The notes: a model not told the origin generated them from the sequence alone. 47,453 nucleotides of DNA from a virus (IMGVR_UViG_3300046779_001222:1-47453), one strand, 5' to 3'. Positions 6,949 to 15,903 are shown, counted from the stretch's first letter. Made by a program: numbers and translations.

Positions 6949-7841
6949 TGACAGCACAACAATACCTCGCTAAGTTCGGGCTGGATGCAAATCCAGCCCT
7001 TTTCACCAACGTACGCAATGGCAAACACATGAAGCCTAAGTACAACTCATACTGCATCTATGATGGTGTCAGTCAACTAGATCGACGGTCTCGTATCGTT
7101 TGCATCATTTCTAACTGTGAGACTAACAACGAAGACTGGAACATCAAGACTGGCGACATGATTCAGTCATACATCATCATGCGTGATGTACACCCACAGG
7201 TTGCAATTGATCAGTTACTTGATGGTTGTATCTGTGGTAACTGCACACACCGCAAGCGACGCAAGCGACACACTCGTACTGCCAAGGTCAAGGATGTCCG
7301 TACTTGCTATGTCAATATAGGCAAGGGCACATCAGCCGTTTGGGAATCGTTCCAGAAGGGCAATATACCTATTGTGTCTAGTACTGTTGCCGCTACTATC
7401 CAGTTAGTTGCTGGTAAAAAGCTCCGCATGGGTACATACGGCGATCCAGTTGCCGTGCCATTCCCTATATGGGGTGACATGTTACGCTATGAGCTTGGTC
7501 ATACTGGATATACACATCAATGGCGTATGCCAATAGCCAAGCCGTTCCGTGGTGTGCTTCAAGCATCGTGCGACTCATATATCGATCGATGGGAAGCCAA
7601 GGAAGCTGGCTGGGGTACGTTCCTTGTCCGGCCACATGATGGCTACATTAACAAACGTCACACTGCTTATGCTCGTGGTTGCAAGCAGTGCCCAAGCGAC
7701 CCATTTATTAACGAGATGCGAGCAATGCGCAATATGCTACCCATGCATACAACATGCGATACTTGCCCTGCATCTCTACGTTGTGATGGCGATAGCGATA
7801 TTGTCATCCGTGCCCACGGCTCATCCGCGCTGTGGGTTTAA
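6948..7841 (+). CDS. Cys-rich phage enzyme-like protein, possibly radical-SAM-like / Gp88-related
   Basis: KTGDMIQSYI, CICGNCTHR, CYV, RMGTYGDP, GYTHQW, ASCD, C-terminal CP...TCDTC..C...AHG. Confidence 0.55.
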   Translation: MTAQQYLAKFGLDANPALFTNVRNGKHMKPKYNSYCIYDGVSQLDRRSRIVCIISNCETNNEDWNIKTGDMIQSYIIMRDVHPQVAIDQLLDGCICGNCTHRKRRKRHTRTAKVKDVRTCYVNIGKGTSAVWESFQKGNIPIVSSTVAATIQLVAGKKLRMGTYGDPVAVPFPIWGDMLRYELGHTGYTHQWRMPIAKPFRGVLQASCDSYIDRWEAKEAGWGTFLVRPHDGYINKRHTAYARGCKQCPSDPFINEMRAMRNMLPMHTTCDTCPASLRCDGDSDIVIRAHGSSALWV

Positions 7842-7862
7842 TTAAACACAGGATAAATAAAC

Positions 7863-8276
7863 ATGTTTTATTCAATATGCGAAGAAGACGAATGGTCATC
7901 TGATCACTGGGATGGACAAGGTCACTACACAAAGGATGGCGAGTGTCACTCGCCATCTAACGGCGTGTACTTTGCCTACCATATTGCCAAGCGCATTTTT
8001 GCTGATGTACGTGTCAAGTACACAGACGAGGGTGTCAAGCGATTTATTCAAGAAGAGTGTGACAAAGATAAATGCCGTGTTGACTCTGATGAGATCGATG
8101 CGTTCTGTGAGGCTGTACATCAAACATACCTAGCTGAAACAGTAGAAGAATTCAATGAGGCACTATGGGAGTTTATTGTAGACAGTGACTTTAGCGAATG
8201 GAATGACATATTTAGCGGACATGACCTTGGTTATGCATGCAAACTTACAGAACCAGAAGGATGGGTAACACATTGA
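7863..8276 (+). CDS. Hypothetical acidic protein (137 aa)
   Basis: ORF with AGGA upstream. Confidence 0.7.
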   Translation: MFYSICEEDEWSSDHWDGQGHYTKDGECHSPSNGVYFAYHIAKRIFADVRVKYTDEGVKRFIQEECDKDKCRVDSDEIDAFCEAVHQTYLAETVEEFNEALWEFIVDSDFSEWNDIFSGHDLGYACKLTEPEGWVTH

Positions 8277-8566
8277 CAGTAGATGAGATTGACGAAGACG
8301 AAAACAACTTTATGAATGAGTTACGATGGCTGCGGGAGAAATACCCGCAGTTTTACGTTGAAGCGTGGGGTCCATATGACTTTGCATTGCAACTCAATAA
8401 TGACAGATACAAACACGGGGATGAACTTGCACAGGCTGCAGCGGATAACTGGGACAAATGGGCAGGTGTAGTAGAAATACTACATGACACATTTGATGCT
8501 CATGTTGGTACAAACTGGGACCGTATTACACAAGCAATAGAGGAGATTAATAGAGATGGTAGATGA
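8237..8566 (+). CDS. Hypothetical protein; true start possibly 8261 or TTG 8273
   Basis: ORF fills the gap; start uncertain. Confidence 0.65.
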   Translation: MQTYRTRRMGNTLTVDEIDEDENNFMNELRWLREKYPQFYVEAWGPYDFALQLNNDRYKHGDELAQAAADNWDKWAGVVEILHDTFDAHVGTNWDRITQAIEEINRDGR

Positions 8567-8885
8567 TTACACACCTGAACACATGACGTTTACTATTCAA
8601 TCCATCAACACAGAGTGGTGGTTTGAGATGATTATTGACATGCTTCAATACAGTGAATGGAGAAAAAATGTACGTGTAGTAGAGCATACAGACACAAGTT
8701 GGATAATAGAAATTATTGATGATGAATACGAAACACATTCAATATCGGATTTAAACTTATTGGAATATTTACGCAAGAGTTGGTCAATCGGCGATCGTAC
8801 GTTTGTAGAACCGTCTAGTGTTGACTACGACATTATTGATTGCATAGTACAAGAACTATGTTTTGGTGAGTTAGTTTACGGATAA
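8556..8885 (+). CDS. Hypothetical acidic protein ending D.IVQ..CFGELVYG
   Basis: GAGGAG SD; C-terminal motif typical of a phage hypothetical family. Confidence 0.7.
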   Translation: MVDDYTPEHMTFTIQSINTEWWFEMIIDMLQYSEWRKNVRVVEHTDTSWIIEIIDDEYETHSISDLNLLEYLRKSWSIGDRTFVEPSSVDYDIIDCIVQELCFGELVYG

Positions 8886-8896
8886 GGAGTAACAAA

Positions 8897-9397
8897 ATGC
8901 CTAATTGGTGCGATAACACATTAACAGTATCGGGTGACAACCCAGAAGACGTAAAGAAATGGGTGGCAGAAAACACAAATAAAGATAAGCATGACCGCAA
9001 CTGCGTTGACTTCAATGGGTCAGTACCAATGCCAGATGAAGAAGATGGCAACAATTGGTACACGTGGTCGATGAAAAATTGGGGCACCAAGTGGAATGCT
9101 TGCTATTGCGATGAGTTAGTCTGCGAAGACAACGAAGCACGTTACAACTTTGACACTGCATGGGGACCGCCCGGTGCATGGTTCATTACTATGAGTGCCA
9201 AGTATCCAAAGCTAAACTTTGTCATGCACTACTCAGAACCGGGCATGTGCTTTGCTGGCACTATGTCTAGGCAAGATGGTTATTTTGACGATGAATACCG
9301 TCAAGACACAGACCTCACTGACGACGACAAAGAAGCAATGGGATATACACCATGTGAAGCATGTGGTGGATGGGAAGAAGAATGCATGTGTGACTAA
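8897..9397 (+). CDS. DUF1281 / YubB (Api92-like) ferredoxin-like fold protein
   Basis: MPNWCDN, WYTW..KNWGTKWN, FDTAWGPP and YSEPGMCFAG motifs. Confidence 0.85.
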   Translation: MPNWCDNTLTVSGDNPEDVKKWVAENTNKDKHDRNCVDFNGSVPMPDEEDGNNWYTWSMKNWGTKWNACYCDELVCEDNEARYNFDTAWGPPGAWFITMSAKYPKLNFVMHYSEPGMCFAGTMSRQDGYFDDEYRQDTDLTDDDKEAMGYTPCEACGGWEEECMCD

Positions 9398-9445
9398 CAC
9401 GTGCGGTAAAATACAAGTATTACTTTTAAAATTTGAAAGGTTGTT

Positions 9446-9847
9446 ATGTTACAAGAATTAATTAAGCTACTTGACGCAATGAAAGATGGTAGCGAACACG
9501 CTGAAGGTTGGTCTAAATTAGAACCCCTTATTGGACTTAATGGAACGATCACTTTGTCATGGCCTCAGTGGAGGCTAAAGATAGTTACATTCAAAATACC
9601 TAAAGATTGGGATGGCTCAGCAGAACAAGTAGATAACATTGAAGCAATGGACAACTTGTACTGGGATAAGTACATGAATATTATCTGGAAGACGCAGACA
9701 AACGAGAAAGCTCATGACTGGTCTAGTATGCAAAAGTGTACAGCTCCAGAAGTAGTTGACGCATTCCTTAGTGGTAATTGGACTCCACCATGGAAATGTG
9801 GTTACTGCGTCTCACGACATAAAGGTCAAATCCAACCAAGGTTTTAA
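9446..9847 (+). CDS. Hypothetical Trp-rich protein (133 aa)
   Basis: GAAAGG SD; ORF. Confidence 0.7.
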   Translation: MLQELIKLLDAMKDGSEHAEGWSKLEPLIGLNGTITLSWPQWRLKIVTFKIPKDWDGSAEQVDNIEAMDNLYWDKYMNIIWKTQTNEKAHDWSSMQKCTAPEVVDAFLSGNWTPPWKCGYCVSRHKGQIQPRF

Positions 9848-10404
9848 TGCCTACACGTAAACGGAATAACCATTACCCTGTGTGCTACCTGATAACTTCA
9901 GGTTCATACAGGGTATCTGTCAGTAATCAATTTACTGCCAAGATCATCTATCAATTGTGGTGTCAAGTTGCTATACAAAAACAAACTTCAACTACGGTTA
10001 CAGTCATGGCTCTCATGTCTCCAACATCATACGGAACATGGGGCAAGAAACATATCATTCAATTAATTAATGGTATGTGGAAGCAGCGATTAGTAGCAAA
10101 GTCAATTATTAAACAAGGAGTACAACATGAACAAACAGCGAACGCACAGTTTAAATTATATGGAGATGAATATGAGTGGAGTGCAAATCAAACATACGAT
10201 GCACTACCTCCTCATGTAGCTACATCAGTGACTAACGCACTGATGTACCCACAGATTCTCCAGTTAATCTTACGTGCGCCAACTGCACTTGCAGCTCATG
10301 TGGCTATAAAGGTAGAAGGCTTGACCCACTATGATGATGATACAAAAATCACAAACATAAAGGAAGTTTGGAATTTTTTACATCATGAGGTCAAACGATT
10401 ATGA
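9847..10404 (+). CDS. Hypothetical protein (185 aa)
   Basis: TAATG overlap. Confidence 0.65.
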   Translation: MPTRKRNNHYPVCYLITSGSYRVSVSNQFTAKIIYQLWCQVAIQKQTSTTVTVMALMSPTSYGTWGKKHIIQLINGMWKQRLVAKSIIKQGVQHEQTANAQFKLYGDEYEWSANQTYDALPPHVATSVTNALMYPQILQLILRAPTALAAHVAIKVEGLTHYDDDTKITNIKEVWNFLHHEVKRL

Positions 10405-10519
10405 TTACAACGATAAGTACAAAGAATACATTGACAACAACCCATATGCTGGTTGTCTTGGTGTCCTTGCAAACATCATTATTGGGATAGTTATGTATTT
10501 AGTGTACAGTCGCTTATGA
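10385..10519 (+). CDS. Small membrane protein (44 aa), not in the ORF track
   Basis: MRSNDYDYNDKYKEYIDNNPYAGCLGVLANIIIGIVMYLVYSRL; its stop overlaps the next ATG (ATGA). Confidence 0.5.
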   Translation: MRSNDYDYNDKYKEYIDNNPYAGCLGVLANIIIGIVMYLVYSRL

Positions 10520-10899
10520 GAAAAAATGCCGAGGCTTTATTACAACAGCAAGTCAAGACCTTGCTGACATCTTGTGGTTACACAGTTATAGAAGTTGGCA
10601 AAACAAGAGCCAAGATTAAATGCAACTCATGTGGGTCATGGTCTTATCCACGTGGATGGCAAGGCAACACGCTTGGTGCGCCAGATCTATACATACATCA
10701 CAAGCAATGGCATAAGACTGCCCTCGGCATTGAACTCAAAACAGAGAAAGGAGCTGTAAGGGAAAAACAACAAGAGTTAGCTGACAATAATTTAACTACT
10801 ATATGTAGAAGCCTCGACGATGTAATCGTCGCGGTAATGAAAATAGACGACCTATTTAACTTAGATTCAAAACTGAAGAAAGTGACTTGGATAACTTAA
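10516..10899 (+). CDS. VRR-NUC family PD-(D/E)xK nuclease (Holliday junction resolvase-like) with a CxxC insert
   Basis: E..LQQQV, GAPDL, IELKTEKG...EKQ and CRSLDD motifs; start probably ATG 10516. Confidence 0.85.
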   Translation: MRKNAEALLQQQVKTLLTSCGYTVIEVGKTRAKIKCNSCGSWSYPRGWQGNTLGAPDLYIHHKQWHKTALGIELKTEKGAVREKQQELADNNLTTICRSLDDVIVAVMKIDDLFNLDSKLKKVTWIT

Positions 10900-11549
10900 T
10901 GGATTGGGATTTTACATTAGATAATCACGACTGTGATGTGATTACAGAGGCGTACGAAAAGTTATATGTTCTGGTTATGGCATCAGAACCTGATGGGTAT
11001 GACAAAGATTTATTCGACTGTTACATGTCACGTAACGGTGAGTTTACTTATCTACTGACATTTACATCACTCTGGAATGCAGAGCAGTACGCAACTAAGC
11101 ACGAAATGGATAGACAAAAATATGTTATTACGGATGTATCTCCTACTGATGTATTCACACGTTTCAGGTGCGTGTCAATTGATGGAGAACGATTACTAGC
11201 ATTTTCCCATAACAGTAGACCAATCATTACTCCACTAATGTTGCCAACATATAGCCTGTATCCAAATGAGAATACGATATGGCTGTATTACAAATGCAAC
11301 AAGACTGAACGTATAGTACATGATCGAGACTTTATCTTAGCCGATACTGTTCCAGATCGGTTACGTACTGCAATGACAGATGTTGTTGGCATATATCCTG
11401 AGGACATCTGCAACTACACTATGATTGGTACAACACTCAAAGATATTCACAAAGAACACGAATGGTTATCTTGTCGTGGCATTGAGTGGAATATCACAGA
11501 CGCACTGAGGTTATCAAAATCTCAACGCATAGAAAGAGGAGAAGAATAA
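10899..11549 (+). CDS. Hypothetical protein (216 aa)
   Basis: TAATG overlap with the nuclease gene. Confidence 0.7.
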   Translation: MDWDFTLDNHDCDVITEAYEKLYVLVMASEPDGYDKDLFDCYMSRNGEFTYLLTFTSLWNAEQYATKHEMDRQKYVITDVSPTDVFTRFRCVSIDGERLLAFSHNSRPIITPLMLPTYSLYPNENTIWLYYKCNKTERIVHDRDFILADTVPDRLRTAMTDVVGIYPEDICNYTMIGTTLKDIHKEHEWLSCRGIEWNITDALRLSKSQRIERGEE

Positions 11550-12130
11550 TGTTTAGCCCACGTGATCACTTTATTAACTTAAAAGGTAAGCAGTACTTAC
11601 CAGTCGCAGCTCGTATCGCTTGGTTCAGAGAAGACCATGTAGACTGGACAATCAATACATATCCTGTGCCCGATCTTTCGGGCACAGACTACTGTACTTT
11701 TGCTGCTGAAATCCTAAATGATGAAGGCAAGCTAATTGCAAAAGGACATAAGACAGAGCATGAGAAACACTTTGCCGATTATCGAGAGAAAGCAGAAACA
11801 GGTTCTATTGGTCGTGCTCTTGCCTTGTGTGGATATGGAACTTTGTTTGCCCAAGAGTTAGAAGAACCTATTACTCCTACTGGCGATATGCGCATTGTTG
11901 ATACGCCACAGGCAACAAAAGCTAAACTAACACCGGGAAAGCAGTTTGCATATGAATGCAAACGCATATGGGGATCAGACATTACACCATCTGACATGAA
12001 ACGTGTGTTCTTTAAACTGGCAGGACACAACGACACTAGCGATGAGAATCTCAAGTTAGTGGTAGAGGTATTAATGGGTTTCAATACACCAGAAGAAGCA
12101 GAGTCAGTATTTTTGGCAGAGGAAGAGTAA
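11549..12130 (+). CDS. Rad52/Sak-like single-strand annealing protein
   Basis: LKGKQYLPVAARIAWFREDH and EKAETGSIGRALALCGYG motifs; located next to a Gam-like gene. Confidence 0.7.
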   Translation: MFSPRDHFINLKGKQYLPVAARIAWFREDHVDWTINTYPVPDLSGTDYCTFAAEILNDEGKLIAKGHKTEHEKHFADYREKAETGSIGRALALCGYGTLFAQELEEPITPTGDMRIVDTPQATKAKLTPGKQFAYECKRIWGSDITPSDMKRVFFKLAGHNDTSDENLKLVVEVLMGFNTPEEAESVFLAEEE

Positions 12131-12694
12131 ATGGACACGAGTAAATTTGACATCATTGGTGATAGCTACTTTGAGATTGAGACCGGCGAATATGCCGGTC
12201 CTGTTGATGGATGGCTTGGTGAGGAACTGGCATCAGAGGCCGACATCCTTCTTGCTATGCAAAAACTATTGCAATACGAGACAGAGCTTAAAGCTCAACA
12301 GTTATATGCACAGTCTGTAGTAGAACGATGCAAGTCAATGGTCAAGGAGAAAGAACGTAAAGTACAGTGGCTACAAGCACGTTACGGTGCACAGATTGCA
12401 AACTTTGCTAAGTCACAACTTACTGGCAAAGCAAAAACATGGAAATGTCCGTGGGGTCAAGTATCTTTCAGGACATCAACACCTTCATTCTCTATTCTTG
12501 ATGAAGAAAAGGCAGCCTATGTTATCCCATTGACATTAGATGCAGTTAAGATTGAGCATAAGGTTTATAAAAGTAAGATCCCAAAAGAAGTTCAACTCAC
12601 TCTTGTTGAGCAGTACCCAGAGTTGTTCAGTATGACAGAATCTACTGAAAACTTCACAGTCAAAACATTGACAGCAACAGATACTGAAGAGTAA
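12131..12694 (+). CDS. Mu Gam-like host-nuclease inhibitor / DNA end-binding protein
   Basis: Coiled coil followed by KAKTWKCPWGQVSFR and a C-terminal E.F.VK pattern. Confidence 0.7.
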   Translation: MDTSKFDIIGDSYFEIETGEYAGPVDGWLGEELASEADILLAMQKLLQYETELKAQQLYAQSVVERCKSMVKEKERKVQWLQARYGAQIANFAKSQLTGKAKTWKCPWGQVSFRTSTPSFSILDEEKAAYVIPLTLDAVKIEHKVYKSKIPKEVQLTLVEQYPELFSMTESTENFTVKTLTATDTEE

Positions 12695-12701
12695 GATTGC
12701 A

Positions 12702-12775
12702 GTGCTCCGTACCAATATTCAACGGAGCACAACTACCAAATGAAGGACCACGGACATCAACACCGTGGTCCTTTT
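12702..12775 (+). promoter_or_regulatory. Tandem perfect hairpins; the second is terminator-like
   Basis: GTGCTCCGT-N11-ACGGAGCAC (12702-12730); AAGGACCACGG-N9-CCGTGGTCCTT (12743-12773) plus TT. Confidence 0.7.
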
Positions 12776-12795
12776 ATATCCATAAAGGAAAGAGT

Positions 12796-13398
12796 ATGAG
12801 CGACGAGTTAGTTTATATAGGTAGTATTCCCGACGCAGTTAGCGTGACCGATGTTGGGCTTCAATTCAATCATGACATTGAATACGATCAATGGTTACGC
12901 CTAATGGCTACACTTCAACAACTTACAACAGCATTTCAATTTGCAATTGGTGACGCATTAAACTATGGACAAAAACGTTATGGAGAGAAGTACGCACAAG
13001 CAATGGATGCGACTGGGTGTGCTTATCAAAGCCTTGCTAACTGGAGCTGGGTGGCTAGTCATGTGCCTATTAATAACCGTGTGGCTGGTCTTAGTTGGAC
13101 TCATCATCGGCTTGTTGCCCATGTCGGTACCGAACAACAAAAACAATTACTAGAGACAGCAAAGTCGAAAGGAACATCTGTAACAGAATTTGAGAGAGAG
13201 TTAAAAGGTGAGCCTGAAGAAGAAAAGAAACCACTTAAACAAATCACAGTCCCTGAAGGTTGGACTGTTGATGATGCTAACAAAGCGCTTGAAATTGTTA
13301 GTTCTTACAGACAGGGTTTGGAAAGATTAAGTGCAGCACTAGATGCTGTTGATGAACCAGTGCAAAGATATTGCGCTGAATGTCCATATAACAATTAG
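12796..13398 (+). CDS. LmbU-family-like DNA-binding regulator
   Basis: FAIGDALNYGQKRYGEKYAQAMDATGCAYQSLANWSWVA...LSWTHHRLVA matches the LmbU-type core; start at ATG 12796 after AAAGGAAAGAG. Confidence 0.75.
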   Translation: MSDELVYIGSIPDAVSVTDVGLQFNHDIEYDQWLRLMATLQQLTTAFQFAIGDALNYGQKRYGEKYAQAMDATGCAYQSLANWSWVASHVPINNRVAGLSWTHHRLVAHVGTEQQKQLLETAKSKGTSVTEFERELKGEPEEEKKPLKQITVPEGWTVDDANKALEIVSSYRQGLERLSAALDAVDEPVQRYCAECPYNN

Positions 13399-13407
13399 AG
13401 GTAAGGC

Positions 13408-14112
13408 ATGATTACTGTATTTAATGGCAAGTCTATTGGCTTGTCAGGTGAACGTTCGTCTGGATTTGTACAACTAGATCGAGTACTAGTTGACCACATC
13501 AAAACATTTACACCATCTGGATTTGTAGTATTTATGGCACTGGTGATGCATGTAGACAACAATGGTTACTGCTGGCCTAGCGTCAAGCGACTTGTTGAAT
13601 GCACTGGATTATCTGAGTCTACTGTCAAGAATGCATTGCATTATTTGACAGGTATGAGGATCAACGACAAGCGTATTCTGGCAGTTAATCCTAGAACTTC
13701 TCCTAATGGGAGAACAACAAGCAATGGATACAAACTGTTTCCTGACACGATTGACCACGCCGGTGACATCACCGTTGTTACAGCTGGTTCAACTAAAACA
13801 GAGAAAGCTAAGGAGGAGGATCCAGCATATCCACTGTACAAGACATTTAAGCAAACCGTATCTGGTTTTAATCCTGAAGCACCTATTACCGACAAGGAGT
13901 GGAAAGACGTCCGTTTGACTATATGGCAGATGCACAAAGCTGGCGTAACACCTGATGACGTGACAGAGCGAGTCAAGGTTTTACTGGGCAAGTGGTATCA
14001 AAACCAAGATATGATTACGGTCCGCTCATTATGGAGGCATTGGGATACACATGCTAAGCCAAAACAAACTATAAGCAATGTGAATACAACAGTAGAGGAG
14101 TGGTTTAAATGA
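13408..14112 (+). CDS. Phage replication initiator with N-terminal winged HTH (HTH_36-like)
   Basis: GYCWPSVKRLVECTGLSESTVKNALHYL and SNGYKL motifs; upstream of loader and DnaB. Confidence 0.85.
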   Translation: MITVFNGKSIGLSGERSSGFVQLDRVLVDHIKTFTPSGFVVFMALVMHVDNNGYCWPSVKRLVECTGLSESTVKNALHYLTGMRINDKRILAVNPRTSPNGRTTSNGYKLFPDTIDHAGDITVVTAGSTKTEKAKEEDPAYPLYKTFKQTVSGFNPEAPITDKEWKDVRLTIWQMHKAGVTPDDVTERVKVLLGKWYQNQDMITVRSLWRHWDTHAKPKQTISNVNTTVEEWFK

Positions 14113-14543
14113 CAGCAACAGATAAGTTATTAGCAGTACTTTCGCAACTGCCAAGTTCAATTCAATGGAACGAGACAAGCCAGACTGTGTATCGTGTAGC
14201 GATAACTGGGTGTAATGATGCCGATATTGTCTATGGGTTACGACGCATTCTTACACGTGCTAAGTTTCGACCAACACCTTCTGAAGTGTTACTTGCCATT
14301 GCAATTGAAAAGTATGGAGATTATGCACCACAGTCAGTCACAAATGAAATTTCAGACGCAATACGCCTTGGTACTTCATTCAGCAAGTTGCATCCAACTA
14401 TACAACTAGTCGTTGCTAAAACTGGAGGTATGAAAGCATGGCGTGTAGAGCCACCTGTTAAAGGTCAACAATTACAAGACGTAATCAATGATGTATTGAT
14501 AGTAAGGATAACGGAGTACATGGATGAGCAACGCGCCGAATAG
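14109..14543 (+). CDS. Putative helicase loader (G39P-like)
   Basis: KFRPTPSEVL motif; sits between initiator and helicase. Confidence 0.6.
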   Translation: MTATDKLLAVLSQLPSSIQWNETSQTVYRVAITGCNDADIVYGLRRILTRAKFRPTPSEVLLAIAIEKYGDYAPQSVTNEISDAIRLGTSFSKLHPTIQLVVAKTGGMKAWRVEPPVKGQQLQDVINDVLIVRITEYMDEQRAE

Positions 14544-15903
14544 AAGCCTTGGCTTCAACATAGAAGTTCCATCGGATGTTATGAGTGAGCAATCACTCAT
14601 AGCATCTGTGCTTTTAGGTGGCAATCGTTTACTTAGGTCACTAACAGCAATAGATAAGTCAATGTTCTATCGTGTGTCACACAGCCTGATCTGGGAATCA
14701 TATGTTGCAATTGATAAAGCAGGTCAGGACATCGATATTGTAACTGTCAACGAAGAACTGACAAAGCGTAATGCATTAGAGCCAGCTGGTGGTTTAGCGT
14801 ACATCATGCAATGCGCAGAGTTACTTCCAACTACATCAAATTATGAAAGTTATGCAAAGCTAGTAACTGATTACCACAGACGTAGAGAAATCATCTTTGC
14901 GTCTGAGTTTGCAAGTAAGCGAGCATCGATAGGTGATGATGACGTTGAGACAATTGTAAAGGATTTAAATAACTCTGTTACATTTATCAATTCCGGAAAC
15001 GATACTGACGATTTATCTAAATTAATATGGGACACAACTAACGAGGCTATACTTAGAGATGAAGACAAGCTAGACTTCTCAATTGGATCTGGCTACAACG
15101 ACATAGACACAATAACAGGAGGGTGGCGGAACGGTGAACTAATCATATTGGGTGGTAGGCCATCTATGGGTAAGTCTAGTCTAGGATTGCAATATGCATG
15201 GAATGCAGCTAAGTTCATGAGGGGACTAGCAGATAAGACTGGAGTACTCATTGTGAGTGCAGAGATGTCCAAGGACATGGTCACTGCACGTATGTTGTCA
15301 ATCTACAGTGAAGTGGATAGTCAAGTTATACAGACCAAGAAGCTGAATAACTACCAAAAGGATCAGCTACATAACGTAGCTAGAGAGGCTAAGTCACTTC
15401 ATGTTAGGATTGTCGCAGATAAAACTGTCACCCTTGGAGGAATTAGAGATGCCATTAGAGCCACACAAAAATCTTTTCATGTTGGCTTGGTGGTTGTTGA
15501 TTACCTACAGATGATTGCTATGCCTAGTTCTTACAAATCTGAGAACAGGACTAGGGACATTGGCGTCATTAGCCGTGGCCTGAAAGACATAGCACGTGAG
15601 TTTGGATGTCCTGTAATTGCGTTATCCAGCTTGTCTCGTGCTGTAGAGCAACGACAGGATAAACGACCAATGATGTCTGACCTTAGAGAGTCTGGTGATA
15701 TTGAATCAGATGCAGACGTTATCCAATTTATCTATCGTGCTGGTTATTACGAGAAGAAACAGGATAGTGAGTATGAGGAACAGTCGGATAAAGCCGAGGT
15801 CATTACAGCTAAGAATAGAAATGGCAGAACCGGGGTGTCACTACTTGAGTTTCAACCCCGGTTCGCTAAGTTTACTGACTACGGACTAGACGGTCTTCTT
15901 TAG
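14524..15903 (+). CDS. dnaB: Replicative DNA helicase, DnaB family
   Basis: GGRPSMGKS Walker A, SAEM, VVVDYLQ, SRAVEQRQDKRPMMSDLRESGDIE, AKNRNGRTG. Confidence 0.97.
   Translation: MSNAPNRSLGFNIEVPSDVMSEQSLIASVLLGGNRLLRSLTAIDKSMFYRVSHSLIWESYVAIDKAGQDIDIVTVNEELTKRNALEPAGGLAYIMQCAELLPTTSNYESYAKLVTDYHRRREIIFASEFASKRASIGDDDVETIVKDLNNSVTFINSGNDTDDLSKLIWDTTNEAILRDEDKLDFSIGSGYNDIDTITGGWRNGELIILGGRPSMGKSSLGLQYAWNAAKFMRGLADKTGVLIVSAEMSKDMVTARMLSIYSEVDSQVIQTKKLNNYQKDQLHNVAREAKSLHVRIVADKTVTLGGIRDAIRATQKSFHVGLVVVDYLQMIAMPSSYKSENRTRDIGVISRGLKDIAREFGCPVIALSSLSRAVEQRQDKRPMMSDLRESGDIESDADVIQFIYRAGYYEKKQDSEYEEQSDKAEVITAKNRNGRTGVSLLEFQPRFAKFTDYGLDGLL

Noticed and set aside
9806-9815. TGCGTCTCAC as a fifth pseudoknot copy
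   Set aside because: Inside a CDS and lacks both the upstream GTGAG and downstream ACGCA partners
10431-10436. TTGACA as a -35 promoter box
   Set aside because: No convincing -10 at 16-18 nt spacing, and it lies within a plausible small ORF
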